Shown: positions 8,546 through 19,168, numbered from the stretch's first letter. The stretch: 64,000 nt of DNA from Candidatus Pacearchaeota archaeon (GCA_040879785.1 JBBDJR010000006.1:64410-128409); one strand, 5' to 3'. Made by a program: numbers and translations. The notes: generated by a model from the sequence alone, not told the origin.

Positions 8546-8618
8546 CCCAAGAAATGAAGATTAAAAAGTTTTTATCTACTCTAGTGTTATATCCAACCTT
8601 TCCTAAAAACTCCTTAAT

Positions 8619-8637
8619 TTGACCACACTTGGGCGAA
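8619..8637 (+). repeat. REP-like hairpin copy 4 (TTGACCA-CACT-TGGGCGAA)
   Basis: Near-identical to the tRNA-Ile leader copy at 30395. Lies between radB and the PIN-like gene. Confidence 0.6.
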
Positions 8638-8652
8638 TTAGTGGCATATTTC

Positions 8653-9399
8653 TTACAACCATCCTTTACGAAATACGCCCTCGTTCCTTATCTCAAAACT
8701 CATTTCCTTCACCGGCAGACTCCTATGCTTAAGAAGAATCGCTTTTCTTTTCCCTGAATCGTTCTTCAATTCAATTATTGTTTTACTCCAATACTTAAAC
8801 AAATCCCCTCCGACTATATTCGATTCAGGCTTCACTCCTTTTTTCCATTCCTCCTCGGACAAAAACCCGTGATAAACCTGGTTTGTTATCATAACAGGAA
8901 GATTCTCTTTTCTAGAAATTTCCGAAAGAATTCTCATTTGTTTAGCAACCTCTCTGTTAATTTCTCTGACCTTACTATCATCTCTAGATTTCTGAGCGTC
9001 TCCGAGTTCAAGTCGGTAAAGCATCGCCATCCCGTCAACAACAATCATCCCAACATTTTCTTTTTTAACTCTGTTAAGAAGATTCGCAAAAATCTTTTTC
9101 TGCTCGTCAAAGTTCGTCGGATTCAATAAAAGAATATTCTCAAGAATTTTTTCATGACCATCTCCAACTATTTGTTTAACCCTTTCAGAGCTAAATCCTC
9201 CTTCAGTATCTATAAAAATAACCTTGCTATCTCTCTTAGCCTGACCGCACGCAGCCAGAAGAACAAAGTTCGTCTTTCCTGAAGCCGGAGGGCCCGCAAT
9301 CATACTTATCACACTTTTTTCGTATCCTCCGTAAAGCCATTTATTCAAATCAAAACTTCCCGCAGATATTTTATTGTCTGACATTTTACAAATAACCAT
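8653..9399 (-). CDS. radB: RadB-type RecA/RadA paralog ATPase
   Basis: Walker A GPPASGKTN, Walker B MIVVDG, and a size (248 aa) typical of RadB. Confidence 0.75.
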   Translation of the reverse strand: MVICKMSDNKISAGSFDLNKWLYGGYEKSVISMIAGPPASGKTNFVLLAACGQAKRDSKVIFIDTEGGFSSERVKQIVGDGHEKILENILLLNPTNFDEQKKIFANLLNRVKKENVGMIVVDGMAMLYRLELGDAQKSRDDSKVREINREVAKQMRILSEISRKENLPVMITNQVYHGFLSEEEWKKGVKPESNIVGGDLFKYWSKTIIELKNDSGKRKAILLKHRSLPVKEMSFEIRNEGVFRKGWL

Positions 9400-9775
9400 C
9401 CTCTTTCAATGAACTGATAGCTTTTTTAGCATTTTCAGAAAGATTGCAATTTACAAAATCGCTCTCATAACAAACTCCACTTATCTCAGCCGAGGATTTC
9501 CCTAAATTTTTAACATCTCCAAAATAAGATCTTAACTCCAATTCTGTTTTAGAATGAGGAGTTTTACCAAAAAAAGACTTATAAAAATCCCCTATAGAGA
9601 TTTTCGTTCCTGGAAGCTCCTCTTCAAACTCTCTTAACAAAGTCTCTTTATCCGACATATCAGAATCCTCGGGCTTTCCTCCAGGCAAAATCCAGGTTTC
9701 CCTTTTTTTAACTAGGAGAATCTTTCCATCTTTAATATTTATAAGTCCTATAGTAGTCTTCATAATCACACTCAA
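9386..9775 (-). CDS. NUDIX hydrolase
   Basis: Nudix-box-like GGKPEDSDMSDKETLLREFEEELPG. Overlaps radB by 14 nt. Confidence 0.65.
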   Translation of the reverse strand: MSVIMKTTIGLINIKDGKILLVKKRETWILPGGKPEDSDMSDKETLLREFEEELPGTKISIGDFYKSFFGKTPHSKTELELRSYFGDVKNLGKSSAEISGVCYESDFVNCNLSENAKKAISSLKEDGYL

Positions 9776-9811
9776 AAACAGTCATTAATAAGGATTATTG
9801 TAGAAGATAAT

Positions 9812-10075
9812 CTACTTCATTCCAGAAAAATCTTTATCCGTCTTTTCAAGCTCCTTAATACTTGAAGCAATCGCGTCTTTTATCGCCTTCTTTGGAGTCT
9901 TGCCTTTAGTCTTAACATTAACTATTGGTTTCTCGGAAGGGTGCTCTCTTTTCCAGGCAGCAAAACTAACGCTTGAATCCTTGTTCAAGAAAACCCTCAA
10001 AAGTTCCGCAATAGTAACATTATCAACGTGAAATTCCAACTCGTCCTTTGAACTCTTTAAAACTTTGATTTCCAT
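9812..10075 (-). CDS. rpoL: DNA-directed RNA polymerase subunit L (Rpo11)
   Basis: 87 aa. The profile MEIKVLKSSKDELEFHVDNVTIAELLR...FAAWKREHP is typical of Rpo11. Confidence 0.75.
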   Translation of the reverse strand: MEIKVLKSSKDELEFHVDNVTIAELLRVFLNKDSSVSFAAWKREHPSEKPIVNVKTKGKTPKKAIKDAIASSIKELEKTDKDFSGMK

Positions 10076-10279
10076 AATAACTAAGAACCAATTTGATTTA
10101 AAAAGATTGCTATTTTTGTGGGCTTTGTTCAGAAAGTAGATTTTTACTCCAACTCATTAAACAGAAATATACTGCTCGCTCCGCTCGCAGATTACCGAAA
10201 CAACCAACACATCAAATAAAAAACAAACACGGATTCATGGTTAACATGGACCGGGAGGGCGGAACTAATTAAACAAGAC

Positions 10280-11071
10280 CTATTTTTCACTTTCCTCTTC
10301 TGACTCGCTTTCACCAAACACTTCCTTAAAATCTTCCTCAGAATCTTTATCTAAATCTTCTTCATCCTCTGCAACCTTTCCTGATTTCTTTTTTCCCTCT
10401 TTCGCTTCCTTCATTCTTTTCAGGTCGTCAATAGTCAAATTCTTCATCATCTCAGGGTCAAACTTTATCACCCTGGCCGCCCGTTTTTCCTTACCAGCTT
10501 CTCCAACCCCTGGCATTTTTCCTCTGGCTTCATCTTTAACAATTTTAATTCCTAGAAAACTTTCAATCTTCCCAATAATCCTGTAATCATCCTCAGGAAG
10601 AACCCCTCTCTCCGCCATTTTAATTGCAGAAACCGATTCAGAAATCTCTTTTGCAAGCTGCTCGGGAGTCATCTTTTTCGCTCTCCTCGCCCTCATAATA
10701 ACCCAATGGAAATTATCCACAAGATCTTTTCTTGGTTCTTCTTTAGGACTTTTTCCAGAACTCTGGGAAATCCTTCCTTCATAATTTTTCTCAACAATAT
10801 CTTTCAACTCCTTATCTTTTCTGTCCTTTTCCCAATAGGATCCCGACTTTCCAGAACCTGATTCTTTACTCGCCGGACGCCTGTAAATCCTATGCTCCTT
10901 TTCAGATTCTTTAAGCTGAAACGTAGTCGGCCTCCTCAAAACAGGGATTCCTTCTTTTCTTGCACAAGAATCACACACCTTAACAACGCCCTTCTCTTTA
11001 AATGAAACCGCGTCTAAAAGCCTTACCTCACTTCCCGAAACGCCACAAACGGAACACTTGTCATAATCCAT
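10280..11071 (-). CDS. MBF1-like zinc-ribbon + Cro/C1 HTH protein with an acidic tail
   Basis: N-terminal CSVCG...CDSC ribbon, the HTH MTPEQLAKEISESVSAIKMAERG, and an E/D-rich C-terminus. Confidence 0.55.
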   Translation of the reverse strand: MDYDKCSVCGVSGSEVRLLDAVSFKEKGVVKVCDSCARKEGIPVLRRPTTFQLKESEKEHRIYRRPASKESGSGKSGSYWEKDRKDKELKDIVEKNYEGRISQSSGKSPKEEPRKDLVDNFHWVIMRARRAKKMTPEQLAKEISESVSAIKMAERGVLPEDDYRIIGKIESFLGIKIVKDEARGKMPGVGEAGKEKRAARVIKFDPEMMKNLTIDDLKRMKEAKEGKKKSGKVAEDEEDLDKDSEEDFKEVFGESESEEESEK

Positions 11072-11131
11072 AAAAACCTAACGCCAAAAGCATTTTTTAA
11101 GATTTGTGTGGTAAAAACAGATTCATTTTCA

Positions 11132-11764
11132 TTACATGTCTCTCCGCCTCTTAGAAGAATATTTTCTATAAATGTAAACAATAACAGCAAACAAAATAGC
11201 AATACTTACCAATAGAAAAACAAATAACTTTGCCTCACTACTAAATTCACTTCCGAAGAAATACCCTACTAAAATCAACATAGCCGTCCAAATTCCGGCA
11301 CCCAGAGCAGTATAAAAAGAGAACTTCCAAAAATTCATTCTTCCAAATCCGGCAGGGATAGAGATAAGCTGTCTCACTCCAGGGATAAGTCGCCCAATAA
11401 AAGTCGTTATCTCTCCATGTTTTTCAAAATAAACATCCGTTCTTCTAAGTTTATCTTTATTTATGAAAAGAAATCTCCCGTATTTATCAACCAAAATCTC
11501 AACCGCAGTTCTGCCTAAAAACAAAGCTATAAAATAATTTATCCACGCACCAACAAGACTCCCCACCAGGCCAGCAACAAAAACAGCCAAAAAACTCATC
11601 TCTCCCTGAGCAACCAAAACTCCTGCAGGAACCAAAATAGCCTCGCTTGGAAAGGGAAAAAAAGAACTCTCAATAGCCATTCCAATAAAAATTCCAACAT
11701 AACCAAGCTCTTTTATAATAAGAATCAATGCATTAATCAGGGAATACAAAAACTCAACTACCAT
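11132..11764 (-). CDS. DedA/VTT family membrane protein
   Basis: GYVGIFIGMAIESSFFPFPSEAILVPAG and RLIPGVRQLISIPAG motifs. Confidence 0.8.
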   Translation of the reverse strand: MVVEFLYSLINALILIIKELGYVGIFIGMAIESSFFPFPSEAILVPAGVLVAQGEMSFLAVFVAGLVGSLVGAWINYFIALFLGRTAVEILVDKYGRFLFINKDKLRRTDVYFEKHGEITTFIGRLIPGVRQLISIPAGFGRMNFWKFSFYTALGAGIWTAMLILVGYFFGSEFSSEAKLFVFLLVSIAILFAVIVYIYRKYSSKRRRDM

Positions 11765-11880
11765 CCAAATCCAAGCAGAGCATTATTTAAAGATATTTCT
11801 AATCGTTTGACATCTCTTAAAGGAACCATTGATTCTTATTTTGAAAATAATACAAAGACATGAGATAATTCTACAAGCTA

Positions 11881-13305
11881 CTATTGAGAATAAAGATTAT
11901 TTTTGTAAATATAAACTTCCTTACCACATTCATCGATAAATTCTTTTTCTAAATTAAGTAATTGAGATTCATCAAAAACTTCCTTGGAAATTTCTAAATC
12001 TTCATATTTTATAATAATAAAATATTTTGGATCAAGATTATTGATAAGAAAATCAATATCATCTGTCCAAATGGAACCTGCCCTTAAATTTCCATAATAT
12101 CCATAATGAATCCACGAATTAGAAATAATGCGATCTCCCTCCATAGTGTTTTCAACAATATATTCAACCGAATTCATTATGGCACCATTTTTTGTACATA
12201 AATTATATGAATTTATCTCCATAATTGTAAATATTCCTGAAAAAATAATAGGTATGATAAGAAGAGCTAAAAAGATGCCTGAGATAACATTATTCTTCTT
12301 ATATTTTTCCAGCTCAATTATTTCCTTAAAACCAAGGACAATCATTAAAACAATGAAAGGAAGGAGAACAAGCACATATCGAGCCAATTTCAAGTTTACA
12401 AAAAACAAATGATAGAATAAATTGGTTAAGAAGATAGTCAAAATTATCCAAATATTATGATTTCTCTTTCCTTCTCTTACAATTAATAAAAAAAACCCAA
12501 TTAAGAATATTAAAGAAAAAGAAAACATCTCCAACATAGATTTTAACAATATTAATGGACTTTGGTAAAAAGTATAATCTGAAATAATGTTTGCCTGAGC
12601 AAGTAACCCTCCCATAATATTTCCATAAATAAGATAATTCCCAATTAGCCAAGGTAAAATAGCAATAAACCCTCCTAGAACAAAATAAAGAAGACTCTTG
12701 AATTGCTTTTTATATATAATAAAAATCCCTATTATCCCGGGAATTAAAATAACACTATACCTCATTAAAAATGCTAGCCCCGCAAAGACTCCTGAAAAAA
12801 ATAAAAATGCCTTAATTTTAGGCCTTTTTTCTATTGCCAAGATATCACTTAAGAAGAATAAGTAAACAGAAAGTAACGCAAAGAACACTGCAGGAATATC
12901 TGCATAAATCCTAAACCCCCAAAAGATTATTGGATAAGAAAAAGCGAATAGAAATGTTGCTAGGAGGCGGTACTTTTCTTCCGGAAAAAAGAATTTAGTT
13001 AACTTATAAAAAATAAAAACTGTTAACAATGTAAATAAGACAACCAATAACTGTGCTGCTAAAATAGACTCCCCTGTAAAAAACCAGACTCCTGCAATAA
13101 AATATGGAAGCAGAGGGAATCTAAAATCTTCTGTGAAAAAAGAAGTGCTTAAAATATCTTTAGAGTTAGCAAGGTAAACTGGTTCATCCCATAATAATAA
13201 TCCTCCTTGGTGTATGAAAAATAGGTGTAATAAAAGTAAAAGAACAACCAAAAACATTGCTCCAACAATCACCTTTTCCTTAGATAGTCTCTCGAGCAAC
13301 TCCAT
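11881..13305 (-). CDS. Polytopic glycosyltransferase, GT39/ArnT-like (dolichyl-phosphate sugar dependent)
   Basis: 474 aa with more than 10 TM helices and a soluble C-terminal domain. Sits among GT2 genes. Confidence 0.5.
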   Translation of the reverse strand: MELLERLSKEKVIVGAMFLVVLLLLLHLFFIHQGGLLLWDEPVYLANSKDILSTSFFTEDFRFPLLPYFIAGVWFFTGESILAAQLLVVLFTLLTVFIFYKLTKFFFPEEKYRLLATFLFAFSYPIIFWGFRIYADIPAVFFALLSVYLFFLSDILAIEKRPKIKAFLFFSGVFAGLAFLMRYSVILIPGIIGIFIIYKKQFKSLLYFVLGGFIAILPWLIGNYLIYGNIMGGLLAQANIISDYTFYQSPLILLKSMLEMFSFSLIFLIGFFLLIVREGKRNHNIWIILTIFLTNLFYHLFFVNLKLARYVLVLLPFIVLMIVLGFKEIIELEKYKKNNVISGIFLALLIIPIIFSGIFTIMEINSYNLCTKNGAIMNSVEYIVENTMEGDRIISNSWIHYGYYGNLRAGSIWTDDIDFLINNLDPKYFIIIKYEDLEISKEVFDESQLLNLEKEFIDECGKEVYIYKNNLYSQ

Positions 13306-13463
13306 TATTCAGATTAATCTTTTTTGTTTAAAAATTTGTGGTTTCGATGTAAAAACATTCACTGTTAAATAATTTTTTAATTTATCAAAAAGTCGAGATT
13401 TTCAAAGAAAATCGGAGAAGTAACGATTGCTTCCAGTGTTAAGGAGATTGAAAAGGCGCGCGC

Positions 13464-13847
13464 TCACTTAAGAATTATTTGCCAACTATATCTTGAAGGA
13501 CCATCAATTACTTCGTCGCTCATTTTTTCTCCCTTAGAATATTCTGTGATTAAATTCTGAACAACAAAAGGAGATTCTTGATTTTTTAGTTTTGTTAGAT
13601 CACAGGGTTCGGTTCTATCCCCATCCGTTCCTGAGAAAAAATAGCTTCCTTCACATGAAGTAATTGTTCCATCCCTAACAGAATAGGTAATATTTAAAAT
13701 TCTATCGCCACCACTGGAAGAATGTTCAGAATAATAGACTACATCAAAATCTTTTATTGTTTTTTCTTGGTCATAAAGATAAAAACTAAATATTCCTACC
13801 AAGATAGCAAGCGACAGAATTACAATGACAATATTTTTCTTGTCCAT
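13464..13847 (-). CDS. Membrane-anchored hypothetical protein
   Basis: N-terminal TM helix; no motif recognised. Confidence 0.45.
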   Translation of the reverse strand: MDKKNIVIVILSLAILVGIFSFYLYDQEKTIKDFDVVYYSEHSSSGGDRILNITYSVRDGTITSCEGSYFFSGTDGDRTEPCDLTKLKNQESPFVVQNLITEYSKGEKMSDEVIDGPSRYSWQIILK

Positions 13848-13956
13848 AAAATAAATAATTCTTACTATTTTATAAATCTATTGAAAGCGCACGTCTTGGG
13901 ATGGGCTTATCAATTACAATTGCTATTAGATGTAAAATTACTAGATTTTAATCCTC

Positions 13957-14601
13957 TTAAACCAAATGCTTTTCAACATCATCTGCAGATCCAACTTCAA
14001 CAATATTATGTTCCTCATTAATCACGATGGTGTTAGGAGAGGTGATTCCATAAATCTCTTTTAGGACTTTTATCATTTGAGTATCAAGATTATAATCAAA
14101 AGAATAAACCATTATGTTGGAAATATCTTTTCTCTTGATATTGCTCAATATAAATCCTATCCTACCAGCCCCTTCTTTAAAGTCATCACTATTTGAATAA
14201 AAGAACAAGATAGTATTAATATTTTCTCCACACTCTTTGTTATATTCCTTAATGTTTAAGAAGTGCTGAACCTCAAGAAGTGTATATCTACCTTTTTGAT
14301 CAAGAACATTCTCATGATTTTTTCCAAGACGTTCTTCAAGAATGCCTATGCGACTTCCCATTTCATCCAATTCAGAAGAAATCCCTGAAAGAATAACCCT
14401 TTCGCAGGAATCTACCATCTGCCCTTGTAAATCAATGCTCAAAAGGTCATATCTTATACTTTCCTGTTGAAGAGCAACATCCTGATATTGATAAAAAGAC
14501 ACTCCATATCCTATCAAAAATCCTGTGATAAGTAAAAAAGTAGCAATCAAAAAAGCTAACAATACCCTAAGTAATGGAACATCTCTGTTTGGCATTTTCA
14601 A
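13957..14601 (-). CDS. Membrane-anchored hypothetical protein
   Basis: N-terminal TM helix; no motif recognised. Confidence 0.45.
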   Translation of the reverse strand: MKMPNRDVPLLRVLLAFLIATFLLITGFLIGYGVSFYQYQDVALQQESIRYDLLSIDLQGQMVDSCERVILSGISSELDEMGSRIGILEERLGKNHENVLDQKGRYTLLEVQHFLNIKEYNKECGENINTILFFYSNSDDFKEGAGRIGFILSNIKRKDISNIMVYSFDYNLDTQMIKVLKEIYGITSPNTIVINEEHNIVEVGSADDVEKHLV

Positions 14602-14626
14602 AGAAGTCGGAATGCATTTTTATACT

Positions 14627-15862
14627 TTACCATGATATCTTCTTAACAAAAATGGCGTAAAAAAGAGAAACTATCCACCAAAACGCAAACAGCATACCAA
14701 AAAATACTGTAAAAAGTGTGAAACTTACCACTGTACTTGAATATTTTTTAACTCTGCCTTTAGCAAAATATAAATAAAAAATGATGCTCAGAAGAAGAAT
14801 CAGAGTAAACCATGAAAGAGGATTTGAAAAGAACATTATAAAAAATCTCTCAAAAACAAACTTATTTATGGCAGATAAAGAAAATACATCAAAATTAACA
14901 CTAAACAATAAGTCTATCTGATTTTTTAAATTAATTAAAGTAGTGACTGTAAGCCATGAAGTTATTATTATTGAAAAAAGAACAGTCATAACTGCAACAG
15001 GAAGGACAATAAGACCTAGCTCACCATATTTTTTAGAGAACAATCCTTTATACTTCCACAAATTTTTAGAAAGACCAGCATACCATCTTCTTCTCTGAAT
15101 CAAAAGATCCCTAAAAGTATCGGGCGCCTTTGTATAGACAACGGCATCATCAGCACACTCTGTCACGAGATTTAAATATTGTATCCTGAGACTCAATTCC
15201 AGGTCTTCTGTTATGTTCCCTACATCAAATCCTCCGTGCTTGATTAAAAAAGATTTTTTATAAGCAGAGAACGCCCCAGGAGTGATATGGATTGCGTCCA
15301 TGTTTTTGAATGCCTTCCTCAGATAAACGCCTATTAGATACTCTATTTTCTGTATTCTCTGCCAAAACCCTTTAGGATTATGAATAACCATAGAAGAAGC
15401 AACACCAACAACCTCATCATCAGTAAAACGATAAATCATATTTTTTAAGGCATCTTTTTCAGCATACGTGTCTGCATCCATAGTTATTATAATCTCGCCC
15501 TTAGCAAGCTTGGTTCCATAATTAAGAGCGTTCGCCTTTCCTCCTTCCTTTAAACTAATTGCTCTAACATGCCTCCCTTCCATTTCCTTAGCTATCTCGT
15601 ACGTCTTATCCTTGCTTCCATTTTCAAGAATAATTATCTCAAATCTATCTTTAGGATAATCAAGTTCGAGCGCAGATTCAACAGTTTTTTTTATATTATC
15701 CTCTTCGTTATGTGCAGGAATCAGTATAGTAACGCTGGGAAGCTTCTTCTCAGAGACTCTTTCAACAGACCTTTTCTGACCAACAAAAGAGAGAAGATAA
15801 TAAGCAGTAGTAAAAAGTCCAAAATATATTGCAATATACATTAAAACAGTTATGAATTCCAT
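14627..15862 (-). CDS. Family 2 glycosyltransferase, processive type (QxxRW)
   Basis: VTILIPAHNEE, MDADT and QRRRW motifs, with C-terminal TM helices. Confidence 0.8.
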   Translation of the reverse strand: MEFITVLMYIAIYFGLFTTAYYLLSFVGQKRSVERVSEKKLPSVTILIPAHNEEDNIKKTVESALELDYPKDRFEIIILENGSKDKTYEIAKEMEGRHVRAISLKEGGKANALNYGTKLAKGEIIITMDADTYAEKDALKNMIYRFTDDEVVGVASSMVIHNPKGFWQRIQKIEYLIGVYLRKAFKNMDAIHITPGAFSAYKKSFLIKHGGFDVGNITEDLELSLRIQYLNLVTECADDAVVYTKAPDTFRDLLIQRRRWYAGLSKNLWKYKGLFSKKYGELGLIVLPVAVMTVLFSIIITSWLTVTTLINLKNQIDLLFSVNFDVFSLSAINKFVFERFFIMFFSNPLSWFTLILLLSIIFYLYFAKGRVKKYSSTVVSFTLFTVFFGMLFAFWWIVSLFYAIFVKKISW

Positions 15863-15960
15863 AGTAACCTACCTATCTAAATACTGGATTTTTTCATTAT
15901 TTAATACTTTCTAACTTAAGAATCCCTTAACTGAAAAAACATAATCAATAAAAGCTAGTG

Positions 15961-16527
15961 TCATTTTTCCTCCTCATCATCTTTTAACATCTTTTCCTGT
16001 CCTTCAGAATCCCCATCAGAAACCCTAAAGTAATCATGGAACTCTTCACTCAAACTTAGCTCGTGGGTGTGTCCTGTTTTCTTCTTCTGGATAAGTCCCA
16101 ACTCACTAAATTTCTTAACATGGTCGTACGCCTTGTTCCCTCTTATTTTAATAACAACAGACTGTTTTATCGGCTGTTTGTAAGCAATTATCGCGAGCGT
16201 CTCCTGCTCAGCCTTTGAAAACTCACTGTTCCCTGAAGCAAGCCTGTTAACAAGATAAGAATATTCCGGCTTAACATCCATTTTCCATATTTCTCTTCCC
16301 TGTTCTTTACCCTTACTAACAATCTGAATCGCAGTATCATCTCTCCCGTATTTCTTTTCCAACTTCTCAATAATCTCTCTTATCATAATCGGATTCAAAT
16401 CAGACAAAGAAACAAGGTCTTTCATATCAAGAAACCTGCCCGAAACAAACAGAACCGCTTCGATTAACTTTATTGCACCCTCTTCTTTTTCCTTATCAAT
16501 ATCTTCCATCGTCCCTCTCGAAATCAT
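15961..16527 (-). CDS. scpB: Segregation and condensation protein B
   Basis: IEAVLFVSGRFLDMKDL, and a second wH region with LAIIAYKQPI. Confidence 0.75.
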   Translation of the reverse strand: MISRGTMEDIDKEKEEGAIKLIEAVLFVSGRFLDMKDLVSLSDLNPIMIREIIEKLEKKYGRDDTAIQIVSKGKEQGREIWKMDVKPEYSYLVNRLASGNSEFSKAEQETLAIIAYKQPIKQSVVIKIRGNKAYDHVKKFSELGLIQKKKTGHTHELSLSEEFHDYFRVSDGDSEGQEKMLKDDEEEK

Positions 16528-16569
16528 GAAAAGAGAATGTTCTTTAGGATTTTAAAGGTTTTGAACGAA

Positions 16570-17634
16570 TTAAAACGTCCAGATTTTATTTCCTATAAAG
16601 TTCACAAAAAAAGCAATCCCAATTGCCAGTACCTGAGAAACCAGATAATAAATTCCGAGCAATTCCGTAAATAAATAAAGGAAGACCAGATTTATTGCCA
16701 GCGCAGATACACTAACCAATCCAAACTGCAAATATTTCCTTCCGATTTCTAATCTTATCTTTTCTTTGAAAGTCCAGATTTTATTTAATAAAAAGTTAGT
16801 TGTTGTTGCAAGAATAAAAGCGAAAACTGCCGAGACCATATACCAAAACCCTATATATTCTGTTAAGTAGTAAAGCACAACCAAATTAACAAAAATTCCG
16901 CTTATCCCGACCAAGGCAAACTTAAAAAACTCCCCCAGAACATTCCTTCTATGAGGAAGATAGCCAACAAGATTCTGTAAATAATAAAAAATCTCTTTTG
17001 TTCCCGCCTTACTTTTTCCCTTCTGCCTGTCAACAAAAGTTATAGGAATTTCTTTTATATTTCTGTATTTTCCCTTAATAATTATCTCAAGTAAAATCTT
17101 AAACCCTTTTGGATTCAAACTAACTTTTTTTATCACTTCTTTCCGAATCATAAAAAAACCAGTCATAGGATCTTTAACTTTTGTATAAATTCTTGACAAA
17201 AGTGTCGCGGTCTTTGACATAACTTTCCTTAAAATCCCCCATCCTTTTATCCTGCCTCCTTTGATATATCTGCTCCCGACCGAAAAATCACACTCTCCTT
17301 CTTTTATCGGCAAGAAAAGTTCTTTTATTTTTTCCGGAGGATGACTCAAATCCGCATCCATAACTCCTAAAACCTTCCCCTCGGCAATTCTCCACCCGTC
17401 CAAAACAGCAGAAGAAAGCCCCAGCTTCCCCTCACGGTGAATCACCTTAAGATTTTTTTGTTTCTTCTTCAGTTTATCCAGAATCTCTCCGGTTCCATCA
17501 GGAGAATTATCATCAACAACTATAACCTCTCCATTGATTTTGTTTTTCTTAAATTCGTTGAAAATTCTCCGTAAAAGTATTTGGATATTTTCTTTTTCAT
17601 TATATGTTGGAATAACTAGGCTCAGATCCATCAC
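16570..17634 (-). CDS. Dolichol-phosphate mannosyl/glucosyltransferase (GT2) fused to a GtrA-like membrane domain
   Basis: LVIPTYNEKENI, VVDDNSPDGT, MDADLSHPP, and a C-terminal 4-TM GtrA-like region. Confidence 0.8.
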   Translation of the reverse strand: MMDLSLVIPTYNEKENIQILLRRIFNEFKKNKINGEVIVVDDNSPDGTGEILDKLKKKQKNLKVIHREGKLGLSSAVLDGWRIAEGKVLGVMDADLSHPPEKIKELFLPIKEGECDFSVGSRYIKGGRIKGWGILRKVMSKTATLLSRIYTKVKDPMTGFFMIRKEVIKKVSLNPKGFKILLEIIIKGKYRNIKEIPITFVDRQKGKSKAGTKEIFYYLQNLVGYLPHRRNVLGEFFKFALVGISGIFVNLVVLYYLTEYIGFWYMVSAVFAFILATTTNFLLNKIWTFKEKIRLEIGRKYLQFGLVSVSALAINLVFLYLFTELLGIYYLVSQVLAIGIAFFVNFIGNKIWTF

Positions 17635-17786
17635 AAACTAAAAAGAATAATTCCTTATAATATTATCTATTCACTTTGCCAAGCCATCAATAAATATTGA
17701 ACTTGTATCCACATAACCTTAAAATGGAAATTGGTATCTCCTAAAGCAAACAACATAATCTTTATAAGAAATAAAATATATAATGT

Positions 17787-18272
17787 ATGATGGTTGAAGA
17801 AAAAAAGGAGGATAAAGGTGAGGAAGAAATTATAAAAATAAGAAACTCAAGAAAAGTTTATCTTCCTGTTTATGTTATGATATTAATTCTCCTGGGATTT
17901 ATAGTTTATATTAAAATAAACGACCTTCCTTTAAACAGGACCGCACTAATTGGAGTAATAGTTTTTGTTATTCTCGGAATTAAATTCGCAGAGGTACACA
18001 GATTATTCCATTCATACGAGCTTACTCCGGGATACGTCGTCCACACTTTTGGCTATGTTTCAAGGGATATGACAAGAATCTTTATCCCCACAATTAGTGA
18101 TCTAATATTAAAGCAAAACGGCTGGCAAAGATTATTAAACTACGGAAACATCGAGGTACATAGATACTCAGACGGCTCAGCCATAGATTTGAGAAATATT
18201 CCTAACCCTTCCAAACTCTTAAAAATCTTAGAGAATAGGTTAAGTGAGTCACATAAAAGGATGAGCGTATAA
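17787..18272 (+). CDS. Membrane protein with a bacterial PH (bPH_2/DUF304-like) domain
   Basis: Two TM helices followed by YELTPGYVVHTFGYVSRDMTRIFIPTISDL...NYGNIEV. Confidence 0.5.
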   Translation: MMVEEKKEDKGEEEIIKIRNSRKVYLPVYVMILILLGFIVYIKINDLPLNRTALIGVIVFVILGIKFAEVHRLFHSYELTPGYVVHTFGYVSRDMTRIFIPTISDLILKQNGWQRLLNYGNIEVHRYSDGSAIDLRNIPNPSKLLKILENRLSESHKRMSV

Positions 18273-18294
18273 ACTAAACTAAAACTCCAATAAA

Positions 18295-19008
18295 ATGGAT
18301 AAAATCGAACCAATAAATGGTAAATATCACAAAAAACGCGACTGGAGAAAAATCTCGGTTGTGACCGTATTCGTTCTCGTTCTGGGATTTTTAGTATACA
18401 CCTCCTTTTTTTCAGGCACTCTTGGAGGAATCTCCCTTACAGGGCAAATAATAAGCTCAGGAGAACCAGACCCTGAAAACTCGATGAAAGTTGATATAAG
18501 ATTAAATCTCCCGGATAATCCTTCCTTCAAAGGGGAATTCTCAAAAATTGAACTACGGGTTTTAAACGATTCAGTGATTTCTTCTGGAGATAGTTTATTT
18601 GAGATTTCTTCTGGAGATTCAATATTCTTAGAAGATTATGACGGAGAAATTTCTTTTAATGAAAATAGAATCCATATCTTAGAAGGAGATGCAAGAAAAG
18701 TAATAATCAACGGCGCTTCAATCTCATCCAGAGAAGGTAAATCACAGATATCTTCCAAAGAAATATCTTATGGTATATTAAACATCTCGGAGATTCACAT
18801 CAAAAAACTTGACTATGAAGCCACCGGACTTATCAATATAGAAAACGGAAAAAACGTAATTCTCCCACGAGATGAAAGAGTCCTGATTGGAAATTTTAAA
18901 GGAAACCTGTTTTCTTCAAGAGGCGACTTTAAACTCAACGGAATCGTAGAAAGGATTGAGGTAAGCGGAGATTCAGAGGTTTCGATTTCTAAATCAGACA
19001 TTGAATAA
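18295..19008 (+). CDS. Membrane-anchored hypothetical protein
   Basis: N-terminal TM and a Ser/Gly/Ile-rich beta-like ectodomain. Confidence 0.45.
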   Translation: MDKIEPINGKYHKKRDWRKISVVTVFVLVLGFLVYTSFFSGTLGGISLTGQIISSGEPDPENSMKVDIRLNLPDNPSFKGEFSKIELRVLNDSVISSGDSLFEISSGDSIFLEDYDGEISFNENRIHILEGDARKVIINGASISSREGKSQISSKEISYGILNISEIHIKKLDYEATGLINIENGKNVILPRDERVLIGNFKGNLFSSRGDFKLNGIVERIEVSGDSEVSISKSDIE

Positions 19009-19168
19009 GATTGATGATTCTGAACAATGCAATTGGACGACCCAGAGGGCGCGAGATGAAACTTCTAAAAAGAAATGAGGGGTTCTTATTTCGGTTCTTT
19101 TTCTAAAAGAAGAACATCGACATTTATAAAACTTCAAACATTATTATCTTTACAAGGAGGTTCATAAA

